A stretch of DNA of 64,000 nucleotides from Clostridium sp. CAG:288. Its GTDB lineage: Bacteria > Bacillota_I > Bacilli_A > RFN20 > CAG-288. This document shows positions 46,289 to 55,402 of this stretch, in pieces; position 1 is the stretch's first letter; every line of letters starts with the position of its first letter. Location: assembly GCA_000437395.1 (NCBI GenBank), contig FR898169.1, positions 85-64,084 of the forward strand. The letters run 5' to 3'. The translations under genes were made by a program, and so were the position numbers. The notes under the pieces were generated by a model. It saw only the letters and a list, made by a program, of their open reading frames with translations. It searched no databases and was not told the origin of the DNA.

Positions 46289-48553
46289 TTATAGTGGATT
46301 AGAAAAGAAATGTCCATGTGTATCTTTTTGTTTATCAAAAGAAGATGAATCATCATTACCTTTTAGCTTTTCTATAAATTGACTTATGATTTCTTTTGTT
46401 TGTTTTTTACTTTCTGTTGTAAAAACTAATCTAAAATAATTGACGCCACTTAAAGAATTAATTTCATCTATATTATTCAATGTTTTGCTATTCCAAATAT
46501 TTGTTGTGCAATCATCGTTAAATGCAATTGGGAAAGATGCAAACTTGTCTTTTAATGCGTACTTATTAGTCTTACACTTTCCACACATATTTAATCTTTT
46601 AAGCGGACAATATTTTGAATGCATTAAACATGTTCTTCCATAAACGATAAGCTCTAAATTAGGATATGTCTGATATTTATCAAAATAATCTCTAACAAGA
46701 TTGTTAATATCATCTTTACATATTTCATTTGAAAGCGTAACTCTATTTACTCATTTTGAAGAAAGAATAGCCACTGTTTCATAGTTAGTAACGTTTAAAG
46801 AATAATCAGAAACGAGAACTTTGTTTTTCGACTTGTAGTATTCAATAGCACCTATTCCACCAAAAAGAATTTCATCGTATTCATTAACATAATTTTCGTT
46901 ATTTCTTCTAACAAAGTTTTTAAAATAAATATGTTTAATACCTAATTCTTTAGCTGCTTCAAATTGCTCCTGAGTATAAACTTGAACAGTAATCTCAGGA
47001 TTTATTAAATCACATTTTAAGGGAACTACAGCTTTTGGTTTATTTAAGCCTACTTTTTTATGTAAACGTACTGAATCTAAATTTGATATAGCTTTTCTAC
47101 GTAATTCGTTAAGTTCTTTTAAAGGTATGAATATATTTTCGTCTAAATTTAATTTCAATTCACCTAATTGATAAGGTGTATTATTTAATTTACTTAGCTG
47201 CGTATATATTTTTTCTTCCGTAGTAGGTTTGGAAAGTGCTTCTAAGGCAACATTTTCAGCTTTTGCATACGCTTTAAAATTTTGATATTCTATTTTTAAT
47301 AATAGTTGTTCACCTATTTTACCAGTAAGTTCCATATTAACGCTTATTTTTTTATAATCTTCATTCTTGTTTAGCTTTTTTTCAGTATCATTAACAAACT
47401 TTATGTCTTTTGTTTTGTAAACTTTAGCGTTTATGTCTATTTTGTAATCTCTAGAATCAACAATAACCGTTTTATCGCTCGATTCGATAGCGTTAAAAGA
47501 TGCATCAAAAAGTTTTAGAACAGGTATGCTAATTTCTTCAAATACATTTTTTGATTCTACACGTATTTGATCACCTTTATTAAGCGTTTTAAAAAGCTTT
47601 ATCCATATTTTATTATTATGGACTTTAACAACTCTTCCTATTTCAAAACCATAGTTATTTGGTCTTTCAATATTGGTTATATTAGCGCTTGTTTCACCAT
47701 TCATAAAGCCTTGGGTATACGTTCTATTAAAAACTTTATTTAAGTTATCGATATCTACTTTCTCATTATCTAAAATTTTACGATAAGTACTAGTAACTCC
47801 AGCAACATATAAAGGTTCTTTCATTCTTCCTTCAATTTTGTATGAATCAACAAAATCCATATCTTTTATAAAATCAGAAGTATTTAAATCTTTCATCGAT
47901 AAAAGATAACCTGTTTTAATATTTTGATAACTGTTCATGTCTACTAAAGTATAAACTTGACGACAGCATCCAGCACAACGACCTCGATTGCCACTTCGAT
48001 CACCAATCATAGAACTCATTAAGCAGTTGCCACTATAACAAACACATAAAGCCCCATGTATGAAAGCTTCGATATCGATATTAAGTTTTCTTTTTATTTC
48101 TTTCATATCTTTTAAAGAAGTTTCACGAGCAAAAACCACTCTTTGAACTCCCATATCTTTCATAACTTTGGCACTATAAAAATCATCTATACCTATTTGA
48201 GTAGAAGCGTGTGCTTCTAACGACTTATAGTGATTTACTATATAATTAACAAGAGCTAAATCTTGAACAATAATAGCATCTACACCAATTTTAGCTAGTT
48301 GATCAACAGTATCATATGCATCGTTAAGTTCTCTATCGTATAAAACTGTGTTCATAGTTACAAAAACTTTAACGTTTCTTAAATGTGCGTAATCGACATA
48401 TTCTTTTAAGTTATCTAAATTAAAGTTAGTAGCGTAAGCTCTAGCGCTAAATTTATCTAAGCCTAAATATATAGCGTTACAACCACTACTTATGGCTGCA
48501 TAAAAGGCAGCAGGGCTTCCAACAGGAGCAAGTAATTCATTATTTTTTAACAT
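46289..48553 (-). CDS. Tandem-domain peptidase U32 family protein (~754 aa) interrupted by one in-frame TGA at 46751-46753. It is either a pseudogene or a recoded gene.
   Basis: The N-terminal U32 core has EAFIHGALCVCYSGNCLMSSMIGDRSGNRGRCAGCCR. ORFs 46751-48553 and 46289-46624 share a frame, and the 42 codons between them contain no stops. The read-through translation ...AILSSK-TGA-VNRVTLSNEICKDD...LELIVYGRTCLMHSKYCPLKRLNMCGKC forms a second, degenerate U32 repeat. Confidence 0.6.
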
Positions 48554-48616
48554 ATTTCTATTTTATCATCTTTTATATATTTAAACACGACTAATTTTAA
48601 AGTATTATATAGTAGT

Positions 48617-49843
48617 ATGAAAAAATTAGAATTATTAGCTCCAGTTGGAGATCGAGAGAGATTAGAAGCAGCAGTATACTTCGGTGCTGATGCAGTTTAT
48701 TTTGCTGGTAAAAAATTCGGCTTAAGAGCCCTTGCTAGCAACTTTGACGAAGAAGAAATTAAAGTTGCAGTAGAATATTGTCATGGTCATAATGTTAAAG
48801 TTTATATTACTGTAAATATTCTAGCTCATAATTCAGATTTTGTTGGAATGATAGATTATCTCAAATATCTTGATTCTGTTCATGTTGATGGTGTCATTGT
48901 TAGCGATTTAGGCATTGCACATTTAGTTAAAGAATATACAAATTTAGAGTTGCATGTTTCTACTCAAGCTAACATTACAAATAAAGAATCAGCTAAAGTT
49001 TGGGTATCTTTAGGAGCTAAACGCCTAGTTTTAGCCCGTGAATTAAACATCAAAGAAATACGAGAGATTAAAGATGCTATCGGTGATGATGTCGACATTG
49101 AATGTTTTTGCCATGGAGCTATGTGTATCTCTTATAGCGGAAGATGCTTATTATCAAACTATTTTACCGGTCGAGATTCCAATAGAGGAGCATGTGCTCA
49201 ACCATGTAGATGGAAATATGCTTTATACTCTAAAAACGATCAAAATCCTATAGATGAATATTATCCGGTTGAAGAAGATGAACATGGCACATACATACTT
49301 AATAGTAAAGATATGTGCTTAATAGAACACATTAAAGAATTAGCTGAAGCTGGTATTGTTAGCTTTAAAATCGAAGGTAGAATGAAATCTACTTATTATG
49401 TTGCAACTGTCGTAAATGCCTATAGAAGAGCTATAGATAACTATTTAAGAAATTTAGAGCCTGATTTTGACTATATAACAGAATTGCAAAAAACATCAAA
49501 CAGATCATTCACAACTGGTTTTTATTTTGGAAGCGATCAAAAAACAAATAAAGATTCTTCATTATTAGCTCAAACACACGACTATGTTGGAATTGTAATC
49601 GAAGATGCAAAAAATGGCTATGCGTTAGTAGAACATCGAAACAAATTTGTTCAAGGAGATGAACTTGAAGTTCTTTCTCCAAATGAAACTTTTAATAAAA
49701 AAATATTACTCACAGAAATTAAAGACGAAAATGGCGAGCCATTAACAGAAGTTAAAAAAGTAAAACAAAGAGTTTATATTAAAACTGATTTAGACTTAAA
49801 GAAAAATGATATATTAAGAAAAAGAAACAATAGAACATTATGA
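48617..49843 (+). CDS. Peptidase U32 family protein (YhbU/RlhA-like, 408 aa)
   Basis: ECFCHGAMCISYSGRCLLSNYFTGRDSNRGACAQPCRWKY. Divergent from the other U32 gene. The TGA stop sits inside an ATGA overlap with the next gene. Confidence 0.85.
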   Translation: MKKLELLAPVGDRERLEAAVYFGADAVYFAGKKFGLRALASNFDEEEIKVAVEYCHGHNVKVYITVNILAHNSDFVGMIDYLKYLDSVHVDGVIVSDLGIAHLVKEYTNLELHVSTQANITNKESAKVWVSLGAKRLVLARELNIKEIREIKDAIGDDVDIECFCHGAMCISYSGRCLLSNYFTGRDSNRGACAQPCRWKYALYSKNDQNPIDEYYPVEEDEHGTYILNSKDMCLIEHIKELAEAGIVSFKIEGRMKSTYYVATVVNAYRRAIDNYLRNLEPDFDYITELQKTSNRSFTTGFYFGSDQKTNKDSSLLAQTHDYVGIVIEDAKNGYALVEHRNKFVQGDELEVLSPNETFNKKILLTEIKDENGEPLTEVKKVKQRVYIKTDLDLKKNDILRKRNNRTL

Positions 49844-51282
49844 AATTAAAAGATAACAAAATATATAGATCAATAATCATTCCTATTTGCATAGCTATGT
49901 GTATGCTTGGAAGATTTATACCTCCGATAAACGGCTTAACAAGCGATGCAATGGGGGTAATATTTATCTTTTTAGGCTCCTTAATTTTATGGCTTACAAT
50001 TGGTATAGATTGGCCAAGCCTTCTTTGCATATTTTCATTAGGCTTTTTAGAAAATTTTTCTTTTTCTAAAGTTTTTTCATCGAGCTTTGGAAATTCGACG
50101 TTTATATTCTTATTATTTACATTCGTATGTACATATGCATTATCAAAAACTTCATTAATAAAAAGAGTAGCTATATTTTTCATCAATTTAAAATTAGCTA
50201 AAAAGAGCGATTATTGGTTTACTTTCTTATTCCTATTTTCAGTTTTGTTATTAGGATTATTCATTTCCCCATCTGTCTTATTTGTTATTATCTTGCCTAT
50301 CCTGAATGAAATATTTGAACTTGCCAATATTCAAAAAGATGATAGAATTGCTAAAGCATTAATGATGGGATTAGCTTTCACTGTTTCAATCAGTAGTGGA
50401 ATGACACCTATTGCTCACGTATTTCCTATTTTAGCTATGAACGCTGCAAACATAACAGTTTCACCAATTGCTTATATGGGCATGGCTATTCCAGTTGGAT
50501 TAATTACATTTTTATTAATGATTTTGATGTTTAGAATTTCCGTTAAAATTCCTGAAAACAAACTAAATAAAGTTGACGTATCAATTTTAAAAAGGCAATT
50601 AACCAAAGTTGATTCAAAAGACGTTTTAACATTAGCCATATTTGGATTTGTAATATTGCTTTGGATTATCCCTTCACTACTTAAAAATATCTCTCCAGAA
50701 TTTTATAACACTATAAATCAATATGGTACTGCTATGCCTCCTTTATTAGGTACGCTCCTTTTATGCATAATTAGAGTAAAAGGTGAACCACTATGTAAAA
50801 TAGATGAAGCATTTAAAAAAGGCATTCCGTGGGGAAGCTTAATAATGTGCGCTGCAACTTTAGTACTAGGTAGCGCTTTGACAAATGACGCAGTTGGTAT
50901 TAAGTCTTTTTTACAAACAAGCCTCAGCCCTCATTTAAAATCTCTCCCAGCACTTTGTCTATTAATAATCTTTGTTGTTTGGGCAGCAATTCAAACAAAT
51001 TTATCTTCAAATATGGTAACTGCTACACTCGTAGCAACTATCGCTGCATCGATAATTACAAGCACAACGATGTCGTTAAACCTAAATGCTACAATTTGCT
51101 TAATAGGTATGATGGCTAGTTTTGCATTTGCTACGCCACCTTCAATGCCTCATATCGCCATAGCAGCTGGAAGTGATTATTGTAGTACCAAAGACGTATT
51201 AATATACGGATCAGCATTAATGCTTATATCTATAATTGTTGCAGTTTTTATCGGTTATCCTATTGGATCTGCACTTCTTTAA
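49840..51282 (+). CDS. Polytopic anion transporter, probably of the DASS/SLC13 family (ArsB/NhaD permease superfamily)
   Basis: 480 aa with about 12-14 TM helices. The N-terminal pattern ..PPINGLTSDAMGVIFIFLGSLILWLT is typical of DASS symporters. Confidence 0.5.
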   Translation: MKLKDNKIYRSIIIPICIAMCMLGRFIPPINGLTSDAMGVIFIFLGSLILWLTIGIDWPSLLCIFSLGFLENFSFSKVFSSSFGNSTFIFLLFTFVCTYALSKTSLIKRVAIFFINLKLAKKSDYWFTFLFLFSVLLLGLFISPSVLFVIILPILNEIFELANIQKDDRIAKALMMGLAFTVSISSGMTPIAHVFPILAMNAANITVSPIAYMGMAIPVGLITFLLMILMFRISVKIPENKLNKVDVSILKRQLTKVDSKDVLTLAIFGFVILLWIIPSLLKNISPEFYNTINQYGTAMPPLLGTLLLCIIRVKGEPLCKIDEAFKKGIPWGSLIMCAATLVLGSALTNDAVGIKSFLQTSLSPHLKSLPALCLLIIFVVWAAIQTNLSSNMVTATLVATIAASIITSTTMSLNLNATICLIGMMASFAFATPPSMPHIAIAAGSDYCSTKDVLIYGSALMLISIIVAVFIGYPIGSALL

Positions 51283-51293
51283 AGGAGAAATTT

Positions 51294-51572
51294 ATGAAAG
51301 ACTTATCAAAAGCCCGCGATGAAATTGATAATATCGACACTCAAATAATAAAACTATTTGAACAAAGAATGGATATTGTTAAAGACGTTGCCAATTATAA
51401 AATTGAGAATAATTTACCAGTTTTAGATTCTTCAAGAGAAAATATTATGTTAGAAAAAAATCTAAAAAAAATAACAAATGAAGAATATAAAAAATATTAT
51501 TTCTCTGTTTTAAAAGGATTTTTAGAAGCTAGTAAAGAAATGCAAAAAGAAATAATTGCACATAAAAAATAA
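51294..51572 (+). CDS. Chorismate mutase (AroQ class)
   Basis: LSKARDEIDNIDTQIIKLFEQRMDIVKDVANYK...PVLDSSRENIML fits the AroQ helix-bundle signature. Confidence 0.7.
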   Translation: MKDLSKARDEIDNIDTQIIKLFEQRMDIVKDVANYKIENNLPVLDSSRENIMLEKNLKKITNEEYKKYYFSVLKGFLEASKEMQKEIIAHKK

Positions 51573-51674
51573 TTATCAATTTTTCTTAAAAAATTAAGCA
51601 TCAATAATAAGGTATATATAATACAATATTTATATATATAAAATGCTATAGATTTCACTCCATAGCATTAATTA

Positions 51675-52043
51675 TTATTGATGTTTTTTTAAATGTTCTT
51701 TTAAAGCGTTAAATGTCTCTTCACTTAAGTCATGCTCTATTTTGCAAGCATCTTCTAAAGCTGTTTCTTCACTTACGCCTAAATTCATTAATAAAGTTGA
51801 AATAACTTTATGGCGCTCATAAACAGAAGTAGCAACTTCAAGTCCTTTTTCTGTCAATTCAATTGCACCGTTATTTTGAATAACCACATATCCATTTTCG
51901 CTTAACTTATGAAGTGCAACCGAAACACTTGGTTTGCTAAAATTCATAGAATTAGCAATATCTATAGCTCTAACGTTTCCGTGTTTTTCCTTTAGCATTA
52001 AGATTCTTTCAAGATAGTCTTCACCTGATTCTAATAGTCTCAC
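51675..52043 (-). CDS. DtxR/MntR-family metal-dependent transcriptional repressor with no SH3-like domain
   Basis: SGEDYLERILMLKEKHGNVRAIDIANSMNFSKPSVSVALHKLSENGYV. It is divergent from the feo operon. Confidence 0.8.
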   Translation of the reverse strand: MRLLESGEDYLERILMLKEKHGNVRAIDIANSMNFSKPSVSVALHKLSENGYVVIQNNGAIELTEKGLEVATSVYERHKVISTLLMNLGVSEETALEDACKIEHDLSEETFNALKEHLKKHQ

Positions 52044-52120
52044 TTAATATTCCTCTGTTTCTTTCTTTTAACTATTCTAAATGAAATGAAAAAAATAGTC
52101 CACAACTTTGATAAAAAGTG

Positions 52121-52148
52121 TTGACAGTATACCTTTCAAGTGTATAAT
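52121..52148 (+). promoter_or_regulatory. Strong sigma-A promoter of the feo operon: TTGACA-14-TGTATAAT (extended -10)
   Basis: -35 at 52121-52126, TG at 52141-52142 and -10 at 52143-52148. Confidence 0.6.
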
Positions 52149-52155
52149 TATTAGT

Positions 52156-52221
52156 AGTTAGTTTGAGCTAACTTTTCAGACTAACTTTATTTTTTATAGA
52201 TATGTTAGTCAATGCTAACAT
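52156..52221 (+). promoter_or_regulatory. Two palindromic candidate DtxR-family operators downstream of the feo -10: AGTTAG-N6-CTAACT at 52156-52173 and ATGTTAG-N6-CTAACAT at 52202-52221
   Basis: Both are perfect inverted repeats sharing GTTAG/CTAAC half-sites (compare the iron-box half-site TTAGGTTAG). They sit between the promoter and the feoA RBS. Confidence 0.45.
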
Positions 52222-52241
52222 CAAAAATGGAGGTTATAGAA

Positions 52242-52460
52242 ATGCCACTTACCATTGCTCCGTTAAATACTTTATTAAGAGTTATTAAAGTATTAACAGA
52301 TGAAAAAACAAAAAAACATTTAAGTAGCTTAGGCATTACAGTTGATTCCACTTTGAAGATTTTATCTGAAAGCTCAGGTAATCCAATTCTTGAAATCAAA
52401 GATGGAAGAATTGCTATTGATAGAAATATCGCACTTAAAATTATCGTTGCAGCTATATAA
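52242..52460 (+). CDS. feoA: FeoA-family protein (72 aa from MPLTIAP; the ORF extends to 52212)
   Basis: SH3-like FeoA; RBS GGAGG 8 nt upstream. Confidence 0.75.
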   Translation: MPLTIAPLNTLLRVIKVLTDEKTKKHLSSLGITVDSTLKILSESSGNPILEIKDGRIAIDRNIALKIIVAAI

Positions 52461-52469
52461 GGAGGAATT

Positions 52470-52709
52470 ATGGAAAAGACACTCAATGAAGTTGAAGTTG
52501 GTGAAGTCGGTACAATTGTCCGAGTCGCTGGTACCGGAATAATTCGTAGAAGACTATTTGATATGGGTATCACACCAGGAGCACAATTCAGCTTTAGAAA
52601 AAAAGCTCCACTTGGTGATCCAATCGAAATTACAATTCGTGGTTACGAGTTAACTTTAAGAAAAGTTGAAGCACAAAACGTTGTCGTAGAAGTTACAGGA
52701 GGAAATTAG
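52470..52709 (+). CDS. feoA: Second FeoA-family protein
   Basis: VGEVGTIVRVAGTGIIRRRLFDMGITPGAQFSFRKKAPLGDPIEI; RBS AAGGAGGAA. Confidence 0.8.
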   Translation: MEKTLNEVEVGEVGTIVRVAGTGIIRRRLFDMGITPGAQFSFRKKAPLGDPIEITIRGYELTLRKVEAQNVVVEVTGGN

Positions 52710-52712
52710 TTT

Positions 52713-54974
52713 ATGCTTAAATTTGCACTAGCTGGAAATCCTAACTGCGGTAAAACAACATTATTTAACTCGCTAACAGGATCTACAGCACACGTAGGAA
52801 ACTGGCCAGGTGTTACCGTCGATAAAAAAGAAGGTACATACAAAAAGACACCTGAACCAATTTCAATAGTCGACCTTCCAGGTATATATTCACTTTCACC
52901 ATATACACCTGAAGAAGTTATTTCAAGAAACTTTATTCTTGATGAAAAACCAGATTGCGTTATTAACATCGTAGACGCAACAAACCTTGAAAGAAATTTG
53001 TATTTAACAACACAAATTCTTGAAATCGATGTTCCGGTTATCGTCGCACTCAACATGATGGATGAAGTCAAAAAGAGAGGCGATGTAATCGATGCAAAGA
53101 AGTTAAGTGCTGCTTTAGGTGTTAAAGTAGTAGAAATTTCTGCATTAAAAGAAGAAAATCTCGACACACTTATGACAGAAGCTTATAAGGCTTCGAAAGA
53201 AAAACGTGAAGGTAAGACAGTATTAGCAGATGGTGACTTATCTCACTTAATCGGTGATGTCAAAATTGCATTCAAAGGGAAAGGTGTTGAAAATCCTTTA
53301 TTCCACGCAATCAAGTTAGTTGAAAACGATGAAATTGAAGTCAAAAATCATCCAGATTTAATTGAAATGGTTGATGATTTCAAAAAGACATTCAAAAACG
53401 ATACATTTGGTGCTGACTTTGAGGCAGTTGTCGCAGATAGTAGATATAAATATATATCTAAGAACTTCTCTCCAGCATTAAAGAAAGCTGAAAAGAAGAG
53501 CAACCTTACAAAATCAGATAAAATCGATAGAGTCTTAACAAACAGATGGTTAGGTATTCCGATTTTTATTGTTATCTTATTCGTTATCTTCCACGTTACA
53601 TTCTCTGAAGACTTGTTTTACCTCAATGCCATGGGAGCTTTCGGTGAAGAAGGTTTAATCTTTGCTAAAGGAACAAGATTTGAAGGATTATTCGCTAACG
53701 GTGGTATTAACTCAATCGGTGTATTCCTCCAAACATTACTTGGAATATTTACAGACTGGATTGCTGAACTAGTTGGAACAGGCTTAGACAATATCTCAGC
53801 ACCAGCTTGGGTCAATGGATTAGTATGTGATGGTGTATTAGCTGGTTTGTTTAGCGTACTCTCATTCTTACCACAAATCTTATTATTATTCTTATTCTTC
53901 TCAATTCTCGAAGATAGTGGATATATGGCCCGTATTGCCTTTATTCTCGATAGAATCTTCAGAAAATTCGGCTTATCTGGCCGTGCATTTATGCCAATGA
54001 TCATGGGCTTTGGATGTTCTGTTCCAGCCATGATTAATACAAGAACATTAGCTGATGAAAACGAAAGAACAGCAACAATTCGTGTTATTCCATTCTTCAG
54101 CTGTGGTGCTAAGTTACCTATCTTAACAGCTATTGCTGGTGGTATGGCAGAAGTATTTGGCTTACCATATCCAGACTTAATTACACTTTCTATGTATCTC
54201 TTAGGTATGGTTGTCGCTATTGTTGCAGTTCTCATCATGAGAAACACAACAATGAAAGGTGAAGTTCCACCATTCATTATGGAATTACCTTCCTACCACT
54301 TACCACAATTCAAAGCTTTAATGATCCACTTATGGGATAAAGTAAAGCACTTCGTTAAGAAAGCGTTCACAATCATCTTAGCTTCTACAATTCTTATTTG
54401 GTTCTTACAACACTTCGCATGGAACTGGAGATTGTTAGAAGATACAGAAATCGATCAATCCATGTTAGCAAGTATTGGTCAATTAATCCAACCATTATTT
54501 ACTCCACTTGGATTTGGTGCTCAATTAAAAGCATTCGGATGGGTCTTCGCTGTCTCTGCAATTACTGGTTTAATTGCAAAGGAAAGTGTTATCTCCACAT
54601 TTGCAATCTTAGCTGTCGTTATCGGACAATTAACAATCGATCCATCAGAAATTGGTGAAGTTGAATCCGCAGTTGCAATGATTCAAGCCACAGGTATCAA
54701 TAGTCCTGCTTGTATCGCATTCATTGCCTTCAACATGTTAACAATTCCTTGCTTTGCTGCTGTTGCAACAGCTAAAGCTGAATTACCAGAAGGTAAGTTC
54801 AATGGAACATTAGTCTTCTGGCTCGTCACTTCTTACTTAGTCTCTTCTGCTATTTACTTAATCGGAACATGGTGGTGGACAGCATTTATCTATGCCGCTA
54901 TCGTTGCTGCTGGAGTTACAGGCATCGTACTCTACAACAGACGTGGTGCCAAAGCTAAATCAGCTACTAAGTAA
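52713..54974 (+). CDS. feoB: Ferrous iron transport protein B
   Basis: N-terminal GTPase G1 AGNPNCGKTTLFN and G3 DLPG, followed by a polytopic permease domain. Confidence 0.9.
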   Translation: MLKFALAGNPNCGKTTLFNSLTGSTAHVGNWPGVTVDKKEGTYKKTPEPISIVDLPGIYSLSPYTPEEVISRNFILDEKPDCVINIVDATNLERNLYLTTQILEIDVPVIVALNMMDEVKKRGDVIDAKKLSAALGVKVVEISALKEENLDTLMTEAYKASKEKREGKTVLADGDLSHLIGDVKIAFKGKGVENPLFHAIKLVENDEIEVKNHPDLIEMVDDFKKTFKNDTFGADFEAVVADSRYKYISKNFSPALKKAEKKSNLTKSDKIDRVLTNRWLGIPIFIVILFVIFHVTFSEDLFYLNAMGAFGEEGLIFAKGTRFEGLFANGGINSIGVFLQTLLGIFTDWIAELVGTGLDNISAPAWVNGLVCDGVLAGLFSVLSFLPQILLLFLFFSILEDSGYMARIAFILDRIFRKFGLSGRAFMPMIMGFGCSVPAMINTRTLADENERTATIRVIPFFSCGAKLPILTAIAGGMAEVFGLPYPDLITLSMYLLGMVVAIVAVLIMRNTTMKGEVPPFIMELPSYHLPQFKALMIHLWDKVKHFVKKAFTIILASTILIWFLQHFAWNWRLLEDTEIDQSMLASIGQLIQPLFTPLGFGAQLKAFGWVFAVSAITGLIAKESVISTFAILAVVIGQLTIDPSEIGEVESAVAMIQATGINSPACIAFIAFNMLTIPCFAAVATAKAELPEGKFNGTLVFWLVTSYLVSSAIYLIGTWWWTAFIYAAIVAAGVTGIVLYNRRGAKAKSATK

Positions 54975-54979
54975 AAAAT

Positions 54980-55153
54980 ATGCAACCAATTGAAATAATT
55001 GTTATCATAGCTTCCGTAGCTATCGTTGGTGGTGTATTTGGTACATGGTTATATAAGAAAGTTACACATAAGCCTACAGGGGATTGTGCTTGTTGTAAAA
55101 GTAAATCGAACAAACTTATCAAACAATACCATAAGAAATACGGAAAAAAATAA
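54980..55153 (+). CDS. Unlisted small ORF (57 aa), a FeoB-associated Cys-rich membrane protein
   Basis: MQPIEIIVIIASVAIVGGVFGTWLYKKVTHKPTGDCACCKSKSNKLIKQYHKKYGKK: a single TM helix, then a CxCC motif and a basic tail. It starts 6 nt after the feoB stop and ends at the operon terminator. Confidence 0.5.
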   Translation: MQPIEIIVIIASVAIVGGVFGTWLYKKVTHKPTGDCACCKSKSNKLIKQYHKKYGKK

Positions 55154-55171
55154 AACTCTCCAAACTCAACG

Positions 55172-55210
55172 AAAATGCTAGAGAATCAAGCCTTTAGCAT
55201 TTTTATTTTA
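55172..55210 (+). terminator. feo operon terminator
   Basis: AAATGCTA..TAGCATTT followed by TTTATTTT. Confidence 0.55.
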
Positions 55211-55257
55211 AAAAGTATTGTTTTTATCCATTCAACATGATAATATTTCAAAGTAAC

Positions 55258-55382
55258 TTAAGGGAGTAGTTAGCTCATTTGAGTGATTGACCTACAAACC
55301 GGTCGTATATACCAGGTTAATCTTAATTAACGAGACTTATGTTAGCCAAAGAAATGGGCTAACTATATAGTCTCGTTTTTTC
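55258..55382 (+). promoter_or_regulatory. Candidate yybP-ykoY (Mn2+) riboswitch with a terminator-type expression platform, in the mntP leader
   Basis: AAGGGAGTAGTTAGCTC.. contains the conserved GGGAGUAG element. The 3' hairpin AACGAGACT..AGTCTCGTT at 55329-55377 with a T tract ends 20 nt before the mntP start codon. A yybP-ykoY element in front of mntP is the classical arrangement. Confidence 0.55.
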
Positions 55383-55402
55383 TTTGTAAAAGGAACACAT
55401 TT

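Noticed and set aside
49779-50186. 135-aa minus-strand ORF overlapping the U32 and DASS genes
   Set aside because: It is antisense to two well-supported genes, and its hydrophobic translation is a mirror artefact.
52205-54277. Minus-strand ORFs (52205-52573, 52706-53167 and 53618-54277) across the feoA/feoB region
   Set aside because: They are antisense to the conserved feo genes. They are Ser/Thr/Ile-rich reverse-frame artefacts.
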